A stretch of 64,000 bases of DNA from an uncultured bacterium (GCA_963695095.1 CAVOFT010000001.1:3392001-3456000); one strand, 5' to 3'; counted from the first letter of the stretch, positions 9,543-19,926 are shown. Translations and numbers: made by a program. The notes: generated by a model not told the origin, from the sequence alone.

Positions 9543-10868
9543 ATGTCGTGTTGCGGAATCAAGCGCTGGATCGCCTTCGGGCTCGGACTGTCGATGCTGG
9601 CGAGCGCCTGCGCGCGCAACGAGGCCGCGGGGCCCGCGCCTAACCAGCCGCCGCAAGTCGCGCTCACCGCCGGCCCACCGGAAGGCGATCCGGACAGCAG
9701 CTACCGCGTGCACTTCGCCTGGAGCGGCAGCGACAGCGACGGCGAGGTCGATCGCTACGAGTACCTCATGACCAACGACGAGCTCACGGGGCCCCTGCTC
9801 ATCGACGCGGGCCTCTATGCCCGCCTGGCCGCGCTCGGCTACGCCTGGACCGCCACGGAGAACCACGAAGGCGATTTCGTCGTCGCGGCGGATGCGGTGC
9901 CGGATCTGAGCGAACCGGCGGACTCCATCTATTTCTATGGAGACCACTTCCTCTTCCATGCCCAGCACACCTTCTTCGTGCGGGCCGTGGATGACGACGG
10001 CGCCGTCTCCATCGTGCCCGCCTACCGCGGCTTCACCGCCACCACCCTGGCGCCGACGCTTCGCATCAACCGACCCACAGATCTGGGCGAGGTAGGCGGC
10101 TGGGATGACTTCGCGGCGGTCACGCTGTTCGCCTGGACGGGCAATGATTCCGTGGGCGACGGCACGGTGATCTTGCCGGACTCCAGCCGCTTCGCGCTGT
10201 TTGCGGCCGCGGATCTGCCCGGGCTGGAAACCGCAGGCCTCCTGCTCGAGCTGCCCGACAGCGCCTGGAGCCCCTGGCGCGCTTTCGGCGAGGATGTCCT
10301 GGAGAATCCCGCCGGCGGTCGCCATGCGCGCGTCGGCCCCCTCGTGCCCTACACCGGCGGCGAGGGCGGGCGCTACTGCTTCTTCGTCCAAGCCAAGGAC
10401 GAAGCGGGCGCCATCACCAGTCACTTCGCCGATGGCCGAAACCTGCGGCGTTTCCGGGCCCTGTCCAGCTTGACGCCCAGCATTGTCGTCAGCGAGCCCA
10501 CTTTCGGCAGCCGCGGATTCTACAGCGGCGACGGCGCGTGGGACCTCACGGTCTACGAGGGCTTCCGGCTCGAGCTGCACTGGCAGGGCCGTGCCGATGG
10601 CTACGGCGGCGAAGTGGACGGCTATCGCTACGGCTGGAATCTCGCCGACACCGGGGAGGAGGGCTCCTGGACCCACTGGTCGCTGGACTACACCTCGGTC
10701 GTCGCCGAACTCAGCCTCGGCGAGCATCGCTTCTATCTCCAGTGCCGGGACACGGCCGGCGGCATGACGATGGTGGAGATCTTCGTCGGCACATCCTCAC
10801 GGATATCATGGCGCTGCCGCGCTGAGCGGAGCTGCCTTGGCGGCGGCCGCCGGGTCGAGGTCCACTAG
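9543..10868 (+). CDS. Paralogous lipoprotein matching the N-terminal ~420 aa of the 7035 protein; true end may be 10825
   Basis: Lipobox MLASAC; shared blocks YRVHF.W.G.D.DG, FHAQH.FF.RA.DDDGAVS, PDSSRFALF, LPDSAWSPWR, FFVQAKDEAGA. Confidence 0.75.
   Translation: MSCCGIKRWIAFGLGLSMLASACARNEAAGPAPNQPPQVALTAGPPEGDPDSSYRVHFAWSGSDSDGEVDRYEYLMTNDELTGPLLIDAGLYARLAALGYAWTATENHEGDFVVAADAVPDLSEPADSIYFYGDHFLFHAQHTFFVRAVDDDGAVSIVPAYRGFTATTLAPTLRINRPTDLGEVGGWDDFAAVTLFAWTGNDSVGDGTVILPDSSRFALFAAADLPGLETAGLLLELPDSAWSPWRAFGEDVLENPAGGRHARVGPLVPYTGGEGGRYCFFVQAKDEAGAITSHFADGRNLRRFRALSSLTPSIVVSEPTFGSRGFYSGDGAWDLTVYEGFRLELHWQGRADGYGGEVDGYRYGWNLADTGEEGSWTHWSLDYTSVVAELSLGEHRFYLQCRDTAGGMTMVEIFVGTSSRISWRCRAERSCLGGGRRVEVH
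10788..10827 (+). repeat. 40-bp exact direct repeat, copy 2
   Basis: Identical to 9406-9445. Confidence 0.9.
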
Positions 10869-10898
10869 AGCGCCAACGCGGTCTTGACGGTCCGCTCG

Positions 10899-11714
10899 CT
10901 AGTAGCGGTAGTCGTAGTAGTCGTAGGAGTAGTAGTAGGGCAGCACCTGCGTGGCGTTGTTGACCAGGGTGCCCAGCACCTGGATGCGCCCGTCGCGCAG
11001 GATGTCCACCGCGCGCTTGACCACGTCGCGCTGGGTGACCCCCGCCATGACGACGAAGATGACGCCGTCGGTTTCGGTGGCGATCTGGGCGGCGTCGCTG
11101 ACGGGCAGCACGGGCGGCGAGTCGAGAATGACCGTGTCGTAGTAGAACTTCAGCTCGCTGATGATGTTGGCGATGCGGTCGGCCTGAAGCAGTCCGGTGG
11201 GACTGGCCACGCGCTTGCCGCAGGTGATCACCTTCAGGTTCTCGAAGCGGGTGTCCTTGACCGTCTCGATGATGCCGCGCTCGCCGAGCAAGGCGTCGGC
11301 GAAGCCGTCGCGGGCGGGCAGCTCGAAGAATTCGTGCACGCGCGGGCGGCGCAGGTCGGCGTCCAGCAGCAGGGTCTTCGTGTTCCGGTAGCGGGCGATC
11401 GTGATGGCCATCATCGCCGCCGCCGTCGACTTGCCCTCGCCCTCCATCGCGCTGGTCATCAGGAAGCAGTGCTTGTTCTCCTGCTTCATGTGATAGCTCA
11501 GCTTCGCGTAGCTGCGGCGAAACTCCACCGCCACCGGGCTCTCCTCCTGGTAGACGGCATAGATGCTCCGCGTCTCGTCGGCGTTGCCCGGGATCGCCTC
11601 GTTGTTGGCCGGAGCGGAGGCGGGGCGCGCCTTCGCGCCGCCCTGGCGGCGCCGCTGGCGGCCGGACGGCTCGGGGGCGGCGGTATCGTTCTCGGCGGGC
11701 GTCTTGTCGCTCAC
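10899..11714 (-). CDS. CpsD/CapB family bacterial tyrosine kinase
   Basis: Walker A GEGKST, LLLDADLRRP, VILDSPP, C-terminal Tyr cluster YYYSYDYYDYRY; GTG overlaps the upstream TGA. Confidence 0.9.
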   Translation of the reverse strand: MSDKTPAENDTAAPEPSGRQRRRQGGAKARPASAPANNEAIPGNADETRSIYAVYQEESPVAVEFRRSYAKLSYHMKQENKHCFLMTSAMEGEGKSTAAAMMAITIARYRNTKTLLLDADLRRPRVHEFFELPARDGFADALLGERGIIETVKDTRFENLKVITCGKRVASPTGLLQADRIANIISELKFYYDTVILDSPPVLPVSDAAQIATETDGVIFVVMAGVTQRDVVKRAVDILRDGRIQVLGTLVNNATQVLPYYYSYDYYDYRY

Positions 11715-13406
11715 GGCATCAGCTCCTCGGCGGCCTCGCGGTCGAGGTGCAGCTCGATCCGCGAGTTCATGCCCTTGATGAAGACCATGCTGCCCGCCAT
11801 TGCCATGGCGAAGACGATCATGGCCAGGATCCACAGCAGCGTGTTCTTGCGCCGTTGCTGGCGCGCCTTGCCCGGCCCGCGGGCCAGTGGCGGAATCGTG
11901 CCCAGCACGGGCACGCCGAGGTAGGCCTCGACATCCTTGACGTCGCCGAAGGAGCGGTTGAAGAACTCGAGCAGGAAGACCACCGCCAGGCCCGTGACCA
12001 GGCCGACGAGGACGAACATCACCTGGAGGCGCGGCTTGTTGGGCTTCACCGGCTTGATGGGCTTGACCGCCTGGTCGCGGACTTCGATGCGCGTGGCGAG
12101 CTGGCTCGACTGGATGGCGCGCGTGATCTGGGCGCTGGTCGACTGCTGCTGGAAGGCGTCCAGGAATTCGCGGTACTTGGACACCTCGGACTGTCGCCGC
12201 AGCAACTCGGCCTGGTAGGCCGGCTGCCCGCCCATGTTCTGGCGGTAGTTGGCCACGTAGCGAGTCAGGGTATCGACGATCTCCTGGAAGCTGCTCACCA
12301 GCATCAGGCGGTAGTAGTAGTTCACGATCAGCTCGCGCTCGCTGGGCGAGTTGCCGGCGTAGACCTGTCCCGCCAGCGTCGCCAGCCGATCGCGGTAGGC
12401 CTGCCGATCGGCGCCGACGCTGGCGTCCTCCACCAGGTCGGTCAGCGAGCCCTGGAGCCGCTGCTGGCCGAGGTAGGTGATCAGGTTCTGCAGCATGCTG
12501 TGGATCTGCTTGTTGTTCAGCGCGCGCAGGTCGCGGTCCGAGAGCAGGCGGTCGCTGGTGGGCACGACGCCGAAGCGGCCGCGCAGCTGCCGAACGGGTC
12601 TGGTCCACCTGGCTCTCGAGATTGGCCAGCTCCTGCTCGTAGCTGCGCATCACCTCCTGGGCCAGGATCACGTTGCCGGCGGAGACGGGGTTGCCCTCGG
12701 CCAGGGTCTGCTGCTGCGTCCCCTGGAAGCGCTCCAGCTCGGTCTCCGCCCGGTGCAGCTTCTCCTTGTAGATCGCCACCTGCTCGTCGCTGAAGTCCCC
12801 CTTGGCGGTCACTTCCGCCAGCTCCCGCTGCCGGCGCAGGTCGACGAACTTCTGGGTGATCACCCGATTCAGCAGGTAGGCGTTCGTGGGGTCGTGGTCC
12901 TGGGTGCGGATGTTGTAGACGCCGCCCGTACCCAGGAACGCCTCGGTGCGCTCGCGGACCTCCTCGGCCGCCAGTCGCCGCACCACGTCCTCGATATCGA
13001 GGCCGGCCAGCGGTCCGGTCACCAGGCGCTCGGCCTTCTCGCGCAGGATCGGCGTCTGATCCAGCGAGAGCGTCGCGATGATGTCGTCCAGGAAGTCCTG
13101 GTTGCGCAGATCGGCGCGTACGGCACCCAGATCCGCGACCTCCTGCTGGCGGCGGTTGGCCTGCTGGTCCAGAAGCATGGACAGGTCGCGGGTGAAGTTG
13201 GCGTCGTGCTGGATGGCCACCGAGCTGGTCGCCACGTAGGTGGGCGGAATCGTATTGACGCCGACGGCCGCGATCACCCAGGCCACGACGAGGGGCGCCA
13301 CCACCAGGTGCTTCTTGCGCCAGATGAGGCGCGGGTACTGGAGGGGATCGATTTCCCTCTTCTTCCCCTGCCCCAGCAGCTCCTTGAGGAGATCATCGGT
13401 AGCCAT
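11711..13406 (-). CDS. Polysaccharide co-polymerase (Wzz/GumC family), +1 frameshift near 12592
   Basis: N-terminal TM and PPTYVATS, long coiled coil, then in the next frame PIKPVKPNK-TM and VEAYLGVPVLGTIP. Confidence 0.8.
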
Positions 13407-13445
13407 CGGCTCTCCTTGGCAATTCTCCGCCCGCCTCGGCGGGGC

Positions 13446-14817
13446 TCAAGATCCTTCCCGCGCCGGATGCCGCCGCGCGAGCAGGCCGCGCACGGCTTCG
13501 TCGGACGCAGGGAGCGTGCCGAGCAGGGAATCGGCCCTGGCCTCCAGGGCCAGGGAAAATGCCGCCAGCTGGCTGCCCGGCGTGTGCCGCGTGTTGCGCC
13601 GGCAGGCCTCGAAGAGCCGCGCCAGCGCCTTCGCCGTGAAGCGCGTCTCGCCGCGCTCGGCCCAGGTCATCGCCACGGCGAACTGGGCCTGCATGCCGTA
13701 GGCCGTGTAGGCCATGTCCGTCGCCGCCTCGCCCCAGCGCTGGCGGGCGCTGTCCCAGGTGCCCTGCCGGGCTTCGTAGAGGCCCCACAGGTAGAGGAAC
13801 TCGGCCCGCTCCTCCCGCTTCATCGTCTGTCGCCGCAGGCGCTCGAGCTGGGGCGGCACCTCGGCCAGGCGCCCGCGCGCCAGCAGAAAGCGCAGGTACT
13901 CGGTGCCGCCCGCCACCGCCGCCTCGCCCGTGCCGGCCGCCAAGCGCAGCAGCAGCGCCTCGGCCTCCGCCGGCCGGTCCAGATGCGCGGCGAGCAGGCG
14001 CGCGCGCTGCAGTTCGGCCCGCCAGGGCTCGCGCGCGGGGAAGTCCCGCGCCAGGTCCTGGAGCGCGGCCTCGGCCTCGGCCCAGCGGCCGAGGCGCAGC
14101 GCGACATCCGTCCAGGCCAGGAGGCCCTGGAAGGCCGGCTCCTCGCCCCGGTAGTCGCGGGCGAGGCGGGCGAAGACAGTCGCAGAGCAGCCCGGCGGTC
14201 TCCGCCGCCAGCGCCGAATCCGGCGCCGCCAGGGCGAGCTCGGCCATCTGCCCCGGCACGGCGAGCAGCTCGGCGTCCGGGTAGGCCGCATCGCCGGCGA
14301 TCAGGCCTGGCGCGATGGGCGCCAGCAGGCTCGCGTAGGCCGCGAGCGCCTCGCGCGGCCGGCCCATCTGGCGCAGGTAGCCGGCCAGGGTGGCGCGCAG
14401 GCGCCGCTCGGCGAGGGCGCCCAGGGGCAGATCCTCGCGCAGGGCGCCCTGCAAAGTGCCGACGGCCGCCTCCCGCTCGCCCAGTTCCCATTGAATGCCG
14501 GCCGCCCCGAGGGCGGCCATCGCTCCCACGCGCGCCAGCTTGACCTCCACGCCCTCGCGCTCGGCGATGGGCAGGGGACGCGGCAGCGCGGTCGGCGGAT
14601 TGTCCCGCGCCACGGCCAGGTAGCGCTCGATGCAGTCCTCGGCCAAGCTGCGGTTCGGGTAGATGTCCAGGCGCTCCTGAAGTCGCAGTGCCTGCCAGTA
14701 GGCCCGCTGGGCGCGATGCAGCCTGGCGTAGAGGTCCTGATCCTCGCCGCCGCAGGCGCTCGCCAGCAGGGCCGGGAGAACCAGGGCGCCTGCTGCCATC
14801 CTCCAGCGCGCGATCAC
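13446..14817 (-). CDS. TPR-like alpha-helical lipoprotein, +1 frameshift near 14185
   Basis: AGGAGG RBS then GTG 14817, lipobox LASAC; helical-repeat character in both frames. Confidence 0.6.
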
Positions 14818-15288
14818 TGGCCTCCTGACCGGCCCTCGCCGCCCGCCGCTCGCCGCCGCGTGCGGGCGGGCCGTTTCTCGTGTCGGTAGTGACTGGGGAA
14901 GCGCTTGCGAAGGTAGGCCTCTACCGCCTCGATGCTGCGCAGTTCCACGTCGAAATCCCCGCGCAGGAAGTAGTCGCATTCGCCGAACTTGTGATCCCGG
15001 CAGACCTGCGGCCGCTTGTCGTAGATGCCGCAGGTGTAGTCGGCCTGGAGCTGATCGCAAACCGCATCGAGAACGACGAACCAGGAGCTGTCCTGCTTGA
15101 ACACCCAGGTGCTCTTGTGCGCGCAGTACCAGCGGATGTTCTCGAAGTCGGCGAGCGTGGTCGGCGCGTCGATCTCGATGGCCATGTAGGTGCAGCAGGT
15201 CGCCCGGCAGCGCTGGCAGGTCGCCAGGACCTGGCCGGACGGCCATGCGATCGGGATGCTGGGGAATGGGATCCTTGGGGTCAAACAT
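14814..15288 (-). CDS. YkgJ-family (CxxCxxCC) cysteine-cluster protein, +1 frameshift near 15242
   Basis: CQRCRATCC...C.QL....CGIYDKRPQVCR; the ATG 15288 N-terminus joins this frame by removing one G. Confidence 0.75.
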
Positions 15289-15431
15289 CGCTGTCCGTCC
15301 GGGAAGTCTCCGGCCGCCGAGGCGCGGGACCGGGGAGTGCTGTCCATCCGCGCGGGGGGCTGGGGTCCGCGCGCCGCCCGCGCACTATAGTCCAAGCGCG
15401 GTCGCCTCACAACTGTCTTGGGAACACCTGC

Positions 15432-15992
15432 TCAGCGCAGGGGCGGGCCCTCCGGATCCTCGGGCAGGTCGGCATAGCGCTGATCCGGCCGCGGCCGCTG
15501 GTCCATCGGCCGCGCCATCAGGCTCGTGCGCCAGCGCTGGCGGAAGGCCTCGCGCTCGTCCTGGGGCCCGTACTCGAAGTACTCGCAGCAGTGGAAGATC
15601 TCGCGGATGTCCCGCGGCCGCAGGTTCTGGCCGAGGCGCCCGTGCAGGCAGTAGCCGCGCGAGCCGTTGCTCATGTCGCGGGCCATGCCCGAGAAGAGGA
15701 AGAACTGGCAGTTGCCGCAGGAGAGGATCTCGGCGCCCTGCTCGTCGAGCTGGGCCTGCAGGCACTGGAAGCTGTCGTAGTGATCGTAGCCCCGCCCCTC
15801 GGCCAGCACTTCCTGCTTCACCGTGAGCAGGGAGGCGATGTCGAAGCTCTTGAGCTCCAGGAAGAGCTCGCCGCCGCGTCCGGGCAACTCGGCCTCGCGG
15901 CGCTTCTTCATGAGAAAGGGCGAATAGTAGGAGAGCGTCCCTGTGAACTCCTGCCCGCGTTTGCGAATGCGCACGAGCTTCTCGCGGATCAT
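15432..15992 (-). CDS. Hypothetical Cys-rich, possibly metal-binding protein
   Basis: GGGGAGG RBS, MIREKLV...; CGNC...YC...HCC. Confidence 0.6.
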   Translation of the reverse strand: MIREKLVRIRKRGQEFTGTLSYYSPFLMKKRREAELPGRGGELFLELKSFDIASLLTVKQEVLAEGRGYDHYDSFQCLQAQLDEQGAEILSCGNCQFFLFSGMARDMSNGSRGYCLHGRLGQNLRPRDIREIFHCCEYFEYGPQDEREAFRQRWRTSLMARPMDQRPRPDQRYADLPEDPEGPPLR

Positions 15993-16239
15993 CGACGGGA
16001 CCTCCCCACACCGGATGAGTCGGGGTTCTTCCGCAGCGCCACTCTTTTGCCGCCTCGGGGCGATCTTGGCAAGACCTTTCTTCAAGATTGCGCCGCATCC
16101 CGCTGTGATCGAACGAGTTATGGAGGCCAATCCACTAGATCTGGTAGCCGCTACCCACGCCTGACCACGAGGGACGGGGCCCCGTCACTTGGAACGATCC
16201 TGGCTTGGCCCCCGGCGTCCCCCCGATTCGGAGTCACGC

Positions 16240-16929
16240 ATGGGCCGCCACAGCCACGACGGGTTCCAGGCCAAGCGCGCCATGGAAGAAACGCTCATCG
16301 GCACCTGCGAGGCGCTGGGGCGCATGGTCGAGCTGCGCGATCCCTACACCAAGGGCCATTCGGTGCGCGTGGCGGCCATCGCCCTTCTCCTCGGCAAGCA
16401 TCTCGGCCGCTCGGCCGATGAGCTGCAGGGGCTGCAGCTGATGGGCCTGCTCCACGACATCGGCAAGGTGGGCATCCCGACCGAGATCCTCTCCAAGCCC
16501 TCGCGCCTGGGCCCCGAAGAGCTGGAGCTGATGCGCCAGCATCCGCAGATGGGCTACGACATCCTCAAGGACATCAGCTTCCCCTGGCCGGTGGCCGCCG
16601 CGGTGCTTCAGCACCACGAGCGGCTGGACGGCTCCGGCTACCCGCAGGGCCTCACCGGCGGCGACCTGATGTGGCAGGTGCGCACGCTCGCCGTGGCCGA
16701 TCTGCTCGAGGCCATGGCCACGGACCGCCCCTACCGGCCCGGCCTGGGCCTGGACCTCGCCCTGCGCGAACTCGAGCAGCAGCGCGGGCTGCTCTTCGAC
16801 GCCGAGATCGTGGACATCGCCCTCGCTGCCGCCACCCGCGGCGAGCTGGCCGCGCTTCTGGACAGGCGCCCCGAGCCGGCCCTCGTCGAGCCGGTCGGAC
16901 CCACGCCGGCCGGTTTTTCGCCCCGCTGA
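16240..16929 (+). CDS. HD-GYP domain cyclic-dinucleotide phosphodiesterase
   Basis: RDPYTKGHS, LLHDIGK, HHERLDGSGYP, DRPYR. Confidence 0.9.
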   Translation: MGRHSHDGFQAKRAMEETLIGTCEALGRMVELRDPYTKGHSVRVAAIALLLGKHLGRSADELQGLQLMGLLHDIGKVGIPTEILSKPSRLGPEELELMRQHPQMGYDILKDISFPWPVAAAVLQHHERLDGSGYPQGLTGGDLMWQVRTLAVADLLEAMATDRPYRPGLGLDLALRELEQQRGLLFDAEIVDIALAAATRGELAALLDRRPEPALVEPVGPTPAGFSPR

Positions 16930-17034
16930 CCGTTTCCCCTCGCCGAGCGATCCCCTATATTGTCGGCCGTACCCGGCTAATCGGGTATGAAAGTCTGCTG
17001 GGCGGCTCCGCCCGGCGAGCGCGAGGAGCGTGGC

Positions 17035-19377
17035 ATGGCGAGCAGCATCGAGTTCGGACCGCGGCGGGCGACCTACGTGCAGATCGGCGCGGGGTCGGGT
17101 CCCCTGAGCGACGCCCAGGCCGAGGCCTACGAGCGCTTCGACCTCATCTACCGCAGCCTCTGCGCCGTGCTCTTCAACTACGTGCCCACCTCGGGGCACC
17201 CGGGCGGCTCCATCTCGTCGGGCCGCTTCGTGGCCGGGCTCCTCTTCGGCGCCCTGGACTACGACCTCGCCGACCCCGAGCGCGACGACAACGACCTCGT
17301 CTCCTATGCCGCCGGCCACAAGGCGATGGGGCTCTACGCCATGTGGGCCCTGCGCAACGAGGTGGCCCGCCTGGCGGCGCCCGAGCTGCTGCCCGCCGAT
17401 GTCCGCCGCCAGCTGCGCCTCGAGGACCTGCTCGGCTTCCGCCGCAATCCCGCGACGACCCTGCCCCTCTTCACCCAGCACAGGGCCAAGGCCCTGGACG
17501 GGCACCCGACGCCCACCATGCCCTTCCTGCGCCTGGCCACCGGCGCCTCGGGCGTGGGCGTGGCCTCCTCGGTGGGCCTCGCCTTCGGCGCGCGGGATTA
17601 CTTCGGCGCCGACGCCCCGCGCGTGCATCTGGTGGAGGGCGAGGGCGGCATGACGCCCGGCCGCGTCGTCGAGGCGATGGCCGCGGCCAGCGCCGGCGGG
17701 CTGGACAACTGCCTGCTGCACATCGACTGGAATCAGGCCTCGATCGATTCCAACAAGGTTTGCCGCGAGGGCAGCACGCCGGGCGACTACGTCCAGTGGG
17801 ACCCGCGCGAGCTGGCCTGGCTGCACGACTGGAACGTGATCGAGGTGGCCGACGGCTTCGACCTGCAGCAGGTGCACGCCGCGCAGGCCAAGGCCCTGGC
17901 GATGGCGAACGGGCAGCCGACGGCGATGGTCTATCGCACGGTGAAGGGCTGGCGCTACGGCATCGAGGGCCGCGCCTCCCACGGCGCCGGCCACAAGTTC
18001 TGCTCCGACGAGTTCTACGCGACGCTGGCGCCGCTCTTCGACGGCAGCGGGCTCACGCCGCCGCGCTGCACGGGCGCCGACAGCGCCGAGGCCAGGGAGG
18101 CCGCCTACTGGGAGACTCTCGCCGCCATCCGCTCGCTGATGAGCCGCGAAGCGGGCATGCTGGCCGTGCTCGGCGGAGGGCTGCGCGCCGCGCAGAAGCG
18201 CCTGAGCGCACGGAAGCGCAAGCCGCGCGCCGGCGCCGGGGATATCGAAGCACTTCACCAGGCCGCGCGAAGCGCTCCAGTTGAGATCCCGGCGGAGATC
18301 GCCCCCAAGCTGGGCGGCTCGAGCACCCTGCGCGGCGAGCTGGGCAAGGTGCTGGGATGGTACAACCAGAAGAGCGGCGGCACGGTGATGGCCGCGGCCG
18401 CGGACCTGCTCGGCTCCACCAGCATCGACGCCACGGGCGCGGGCTTCCCCAAGGGCTTCTGGCATGCGACGGCGAACCCCGACTCGCGCATCCTCTCCCT
18501 GGGCGGCATCTGCGAGGACGGCATCAGCGGCATCCTGGCCGGGCTGTCCAGCTTCGGCCATCACATGGGGGTGGGCTCGAGCTACGGCGCCTTCATGGCG
18601 CCCTTGGGCCACATCGCAGCGCGGCTGCACTGCATCGGCAGCCAGGCCAAGCGCGACATGATCCCGGACTTCGCCTTCCGGCCCATGGTCCTGATCAGCG
18701 CGCATGCGGGCCTCAAGACCGGCGAGGACGGCCCCACGCACGCCGACCCCCAGGCCCTGCAGCTCTTGCAGGAGAACTTCGCGCCGGGCACGGCGGTGAC
18801 GCTCACCCCCTGGGATCCGCAGGAGCTCTGGCACCTGTTCACGGCGGCGCTGGCCGCGCGGCCGGCCTTCATCGCGCCCTTCGTGACGCGGCCGAATGAG
18901 CCGGTGCTGGACCGCGAGGCCCTCGGCCTCGCGCCCGCGCGCGCGGCGCGGCAGGGCGTCTACCGGCTGCGGGCGGCCAGGGGCGCGGGCGACGGCACGC
19001 TGGTGCTGCAGGGCAGCGAAGTGGCGAACGCCTTCGTGCTGGAGGCGCTGCCCAAGCTCGTCGCCGAGGGGATCGACCTGGACGTCTACTATATCGCCAG
19101 CGCCGAGCTCTTCGACCTGCTGCCGGCCGCCGAGCGCGAGAAGATCTTCCCGGCCGCCAAGGCCGATGAGGCGATGGGCATCACCGGCTTCACGCTGCCG
19201 ACGCTGTATCGCTGGGTGACCAGCGCGCGCGGGCGGGCGGCCAGCCTCTCGCCCTTCATGAAGGGCCACTACCTGGGCAGCGGCCAGGCGGACATGGTGA
19301 TGCTGCAGGCGGGCCTGGACGGGGCGAGCCAGGTCGAGGCCCTGCGAGCCTTCGTGCGCGAGCGCGCGGCCCGGTAG
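17035..19377 (+). CDS. Transketolase-like ThDP-dependent enzyme (divergent)
   Basis: SGHPGG, GHK, DGHPT, ADLLGST, GEDGPTH motifs; GAGGAG RBS. Confidence 0.8.
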   Translation: MASSIEFGPRRATYVQIGAGSGPLSDAQAEAYERFDLIYRSLCAVLFNYVPTSGHPGGSISSGRFVAGLLFGALDYDLADPERDDNDLVSYAAGHKAMGLYAMWALRNEVARLAAPELLPADVRRQLRLEDLLGFRRNPATTLPLFTQHRAKALDGHPTPTMPFLRLATGASGVGVASSVGLAFGARDYFGADAPRVHLVEGEGGMTPGRVVEAMAAASAGGLDNCLLHIDWNQASIDSNKVCREGSTPGDYVQWDPRELAWLHDWNVIEVADGFDLQQVHAAQAKALAMANGQPTAMVYRTVKGWRYGIEGRASHGAGHKFCSDEFYATLAPLFDGSGLTPPRCTGADSAEAREAAYWETLAAIRSLMSREAGMLAVLGGGLRAAQKRLSARKRKPRAGAGDIEALHQAARSAPVEIPAEIAPKLGGSSTLRGELGKVLGWYNQKSGGTVMAAAADLLGSTSIDATGAGFPKGFWHATANPDSRILSLGGICEDGISGILAGLSSFGHHMGVGSSYGAFMAPLGHIAARLHCIGSQAKRDMIPDFAFRPMVLISAHAGLKTGEDGPTHADPQALQLLQENFAPGTAVTLTPWDPQELWHLFTAALAARPAFIAPFVTRPNEPVLDREALGLAPARAARQGVYRLRAARGAGDGTLVLQGSEVANAFVLEALPKLVAEGIDLDVYYIASAELFDLLPAAEREKIFPAAKADEAMGITGFTLPTLYRWVTSARGRAASLSPFMKGHYLGSGQADMVMLQAGLDGASQVEALRAFVRERAAR

Positions 19378-19918
19378 GCGAGAAGACGGCGCGCCAGCTC
19401 CTCCAGGCTGATAACCGTCATGATCGGCTCGCCGCCCTCCTCGCGATGGCCGATAACGATGCCGGCCTCTGCGATGGGGTACAGATAGAAATCGCGATAG
19501 GCATAGCCCTGACAATCGATGGAGTCCGGGCCCGCATACACATTCTCGATCATCAAGTAGCGCCTGCCGGCCTCGACAGGGATTCGCCCGGTTGGACACT
19601 CGGTGATCTTCTCAATATAGAACGAGCTCGTCTTGAGGCGGAGCGAGTCACCCGCGCCTAGCTCCGTTCCTGGAAGGCAGGGGCGGCCCTTCCATTTCAG
19701 AGGGTCACATCATAGACCCTCATGGACGACTTGATCCTGGCCAACTCGTACTGCAGGGTGCCGCTGGCGCCGAAGCGCTCCCGCCGCTCCGCAAGCCACC
19801 GCCCGATCTCCTCGCGGGCGGTATCGTAATCCAGATTGCCCTGCGTGTCAGCCGCGGCGGAGCCGATCCCCGATAATGGCAGACCGGCTGCGATCAGGAT
19901 CGTGGCCAACACTCGCAT
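19269..19918 (-). pseudogene. Hypothetical secreted protein, frameshifted near 19700; lower GC
   Basis: AGGAG RBS, signal peptide MRVLATILIAAG...AAAD; open frame continues after a shift (LKWKGRPC...MIENVYAG). Confidence 0.45.
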
Positions 19919-19926
19919 GAGCACTC

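Noticed and set aside
6978..10727. Very long antisense or alternative-frame ORFs (also 16234-19599, 58797-62171, 47948-50239)
   Set aside because: Shadows of real genes in high-GC DNA; no recognisable motifs.
7035..10868. Diversity-generating retroelement (TR/VR pair)
   Set aside because: No reverse transcriptase; the 40-bp repeat is identical with no adenine-specific mismatches.
10899..13406. 835-aa Wzc-like fusion ORF
   Set aside because: The middle is out-of-frame low-complexity sequence caused by the ~12592 frameshift; the kinase has its own GTG overlapping the co-polymerase stop.
19697..19699. TGA as another Sec read-through site
   Set aside because: The same frame meets TAG after 12 codons and coding sense continues in a different frame, so this is a frameshift.
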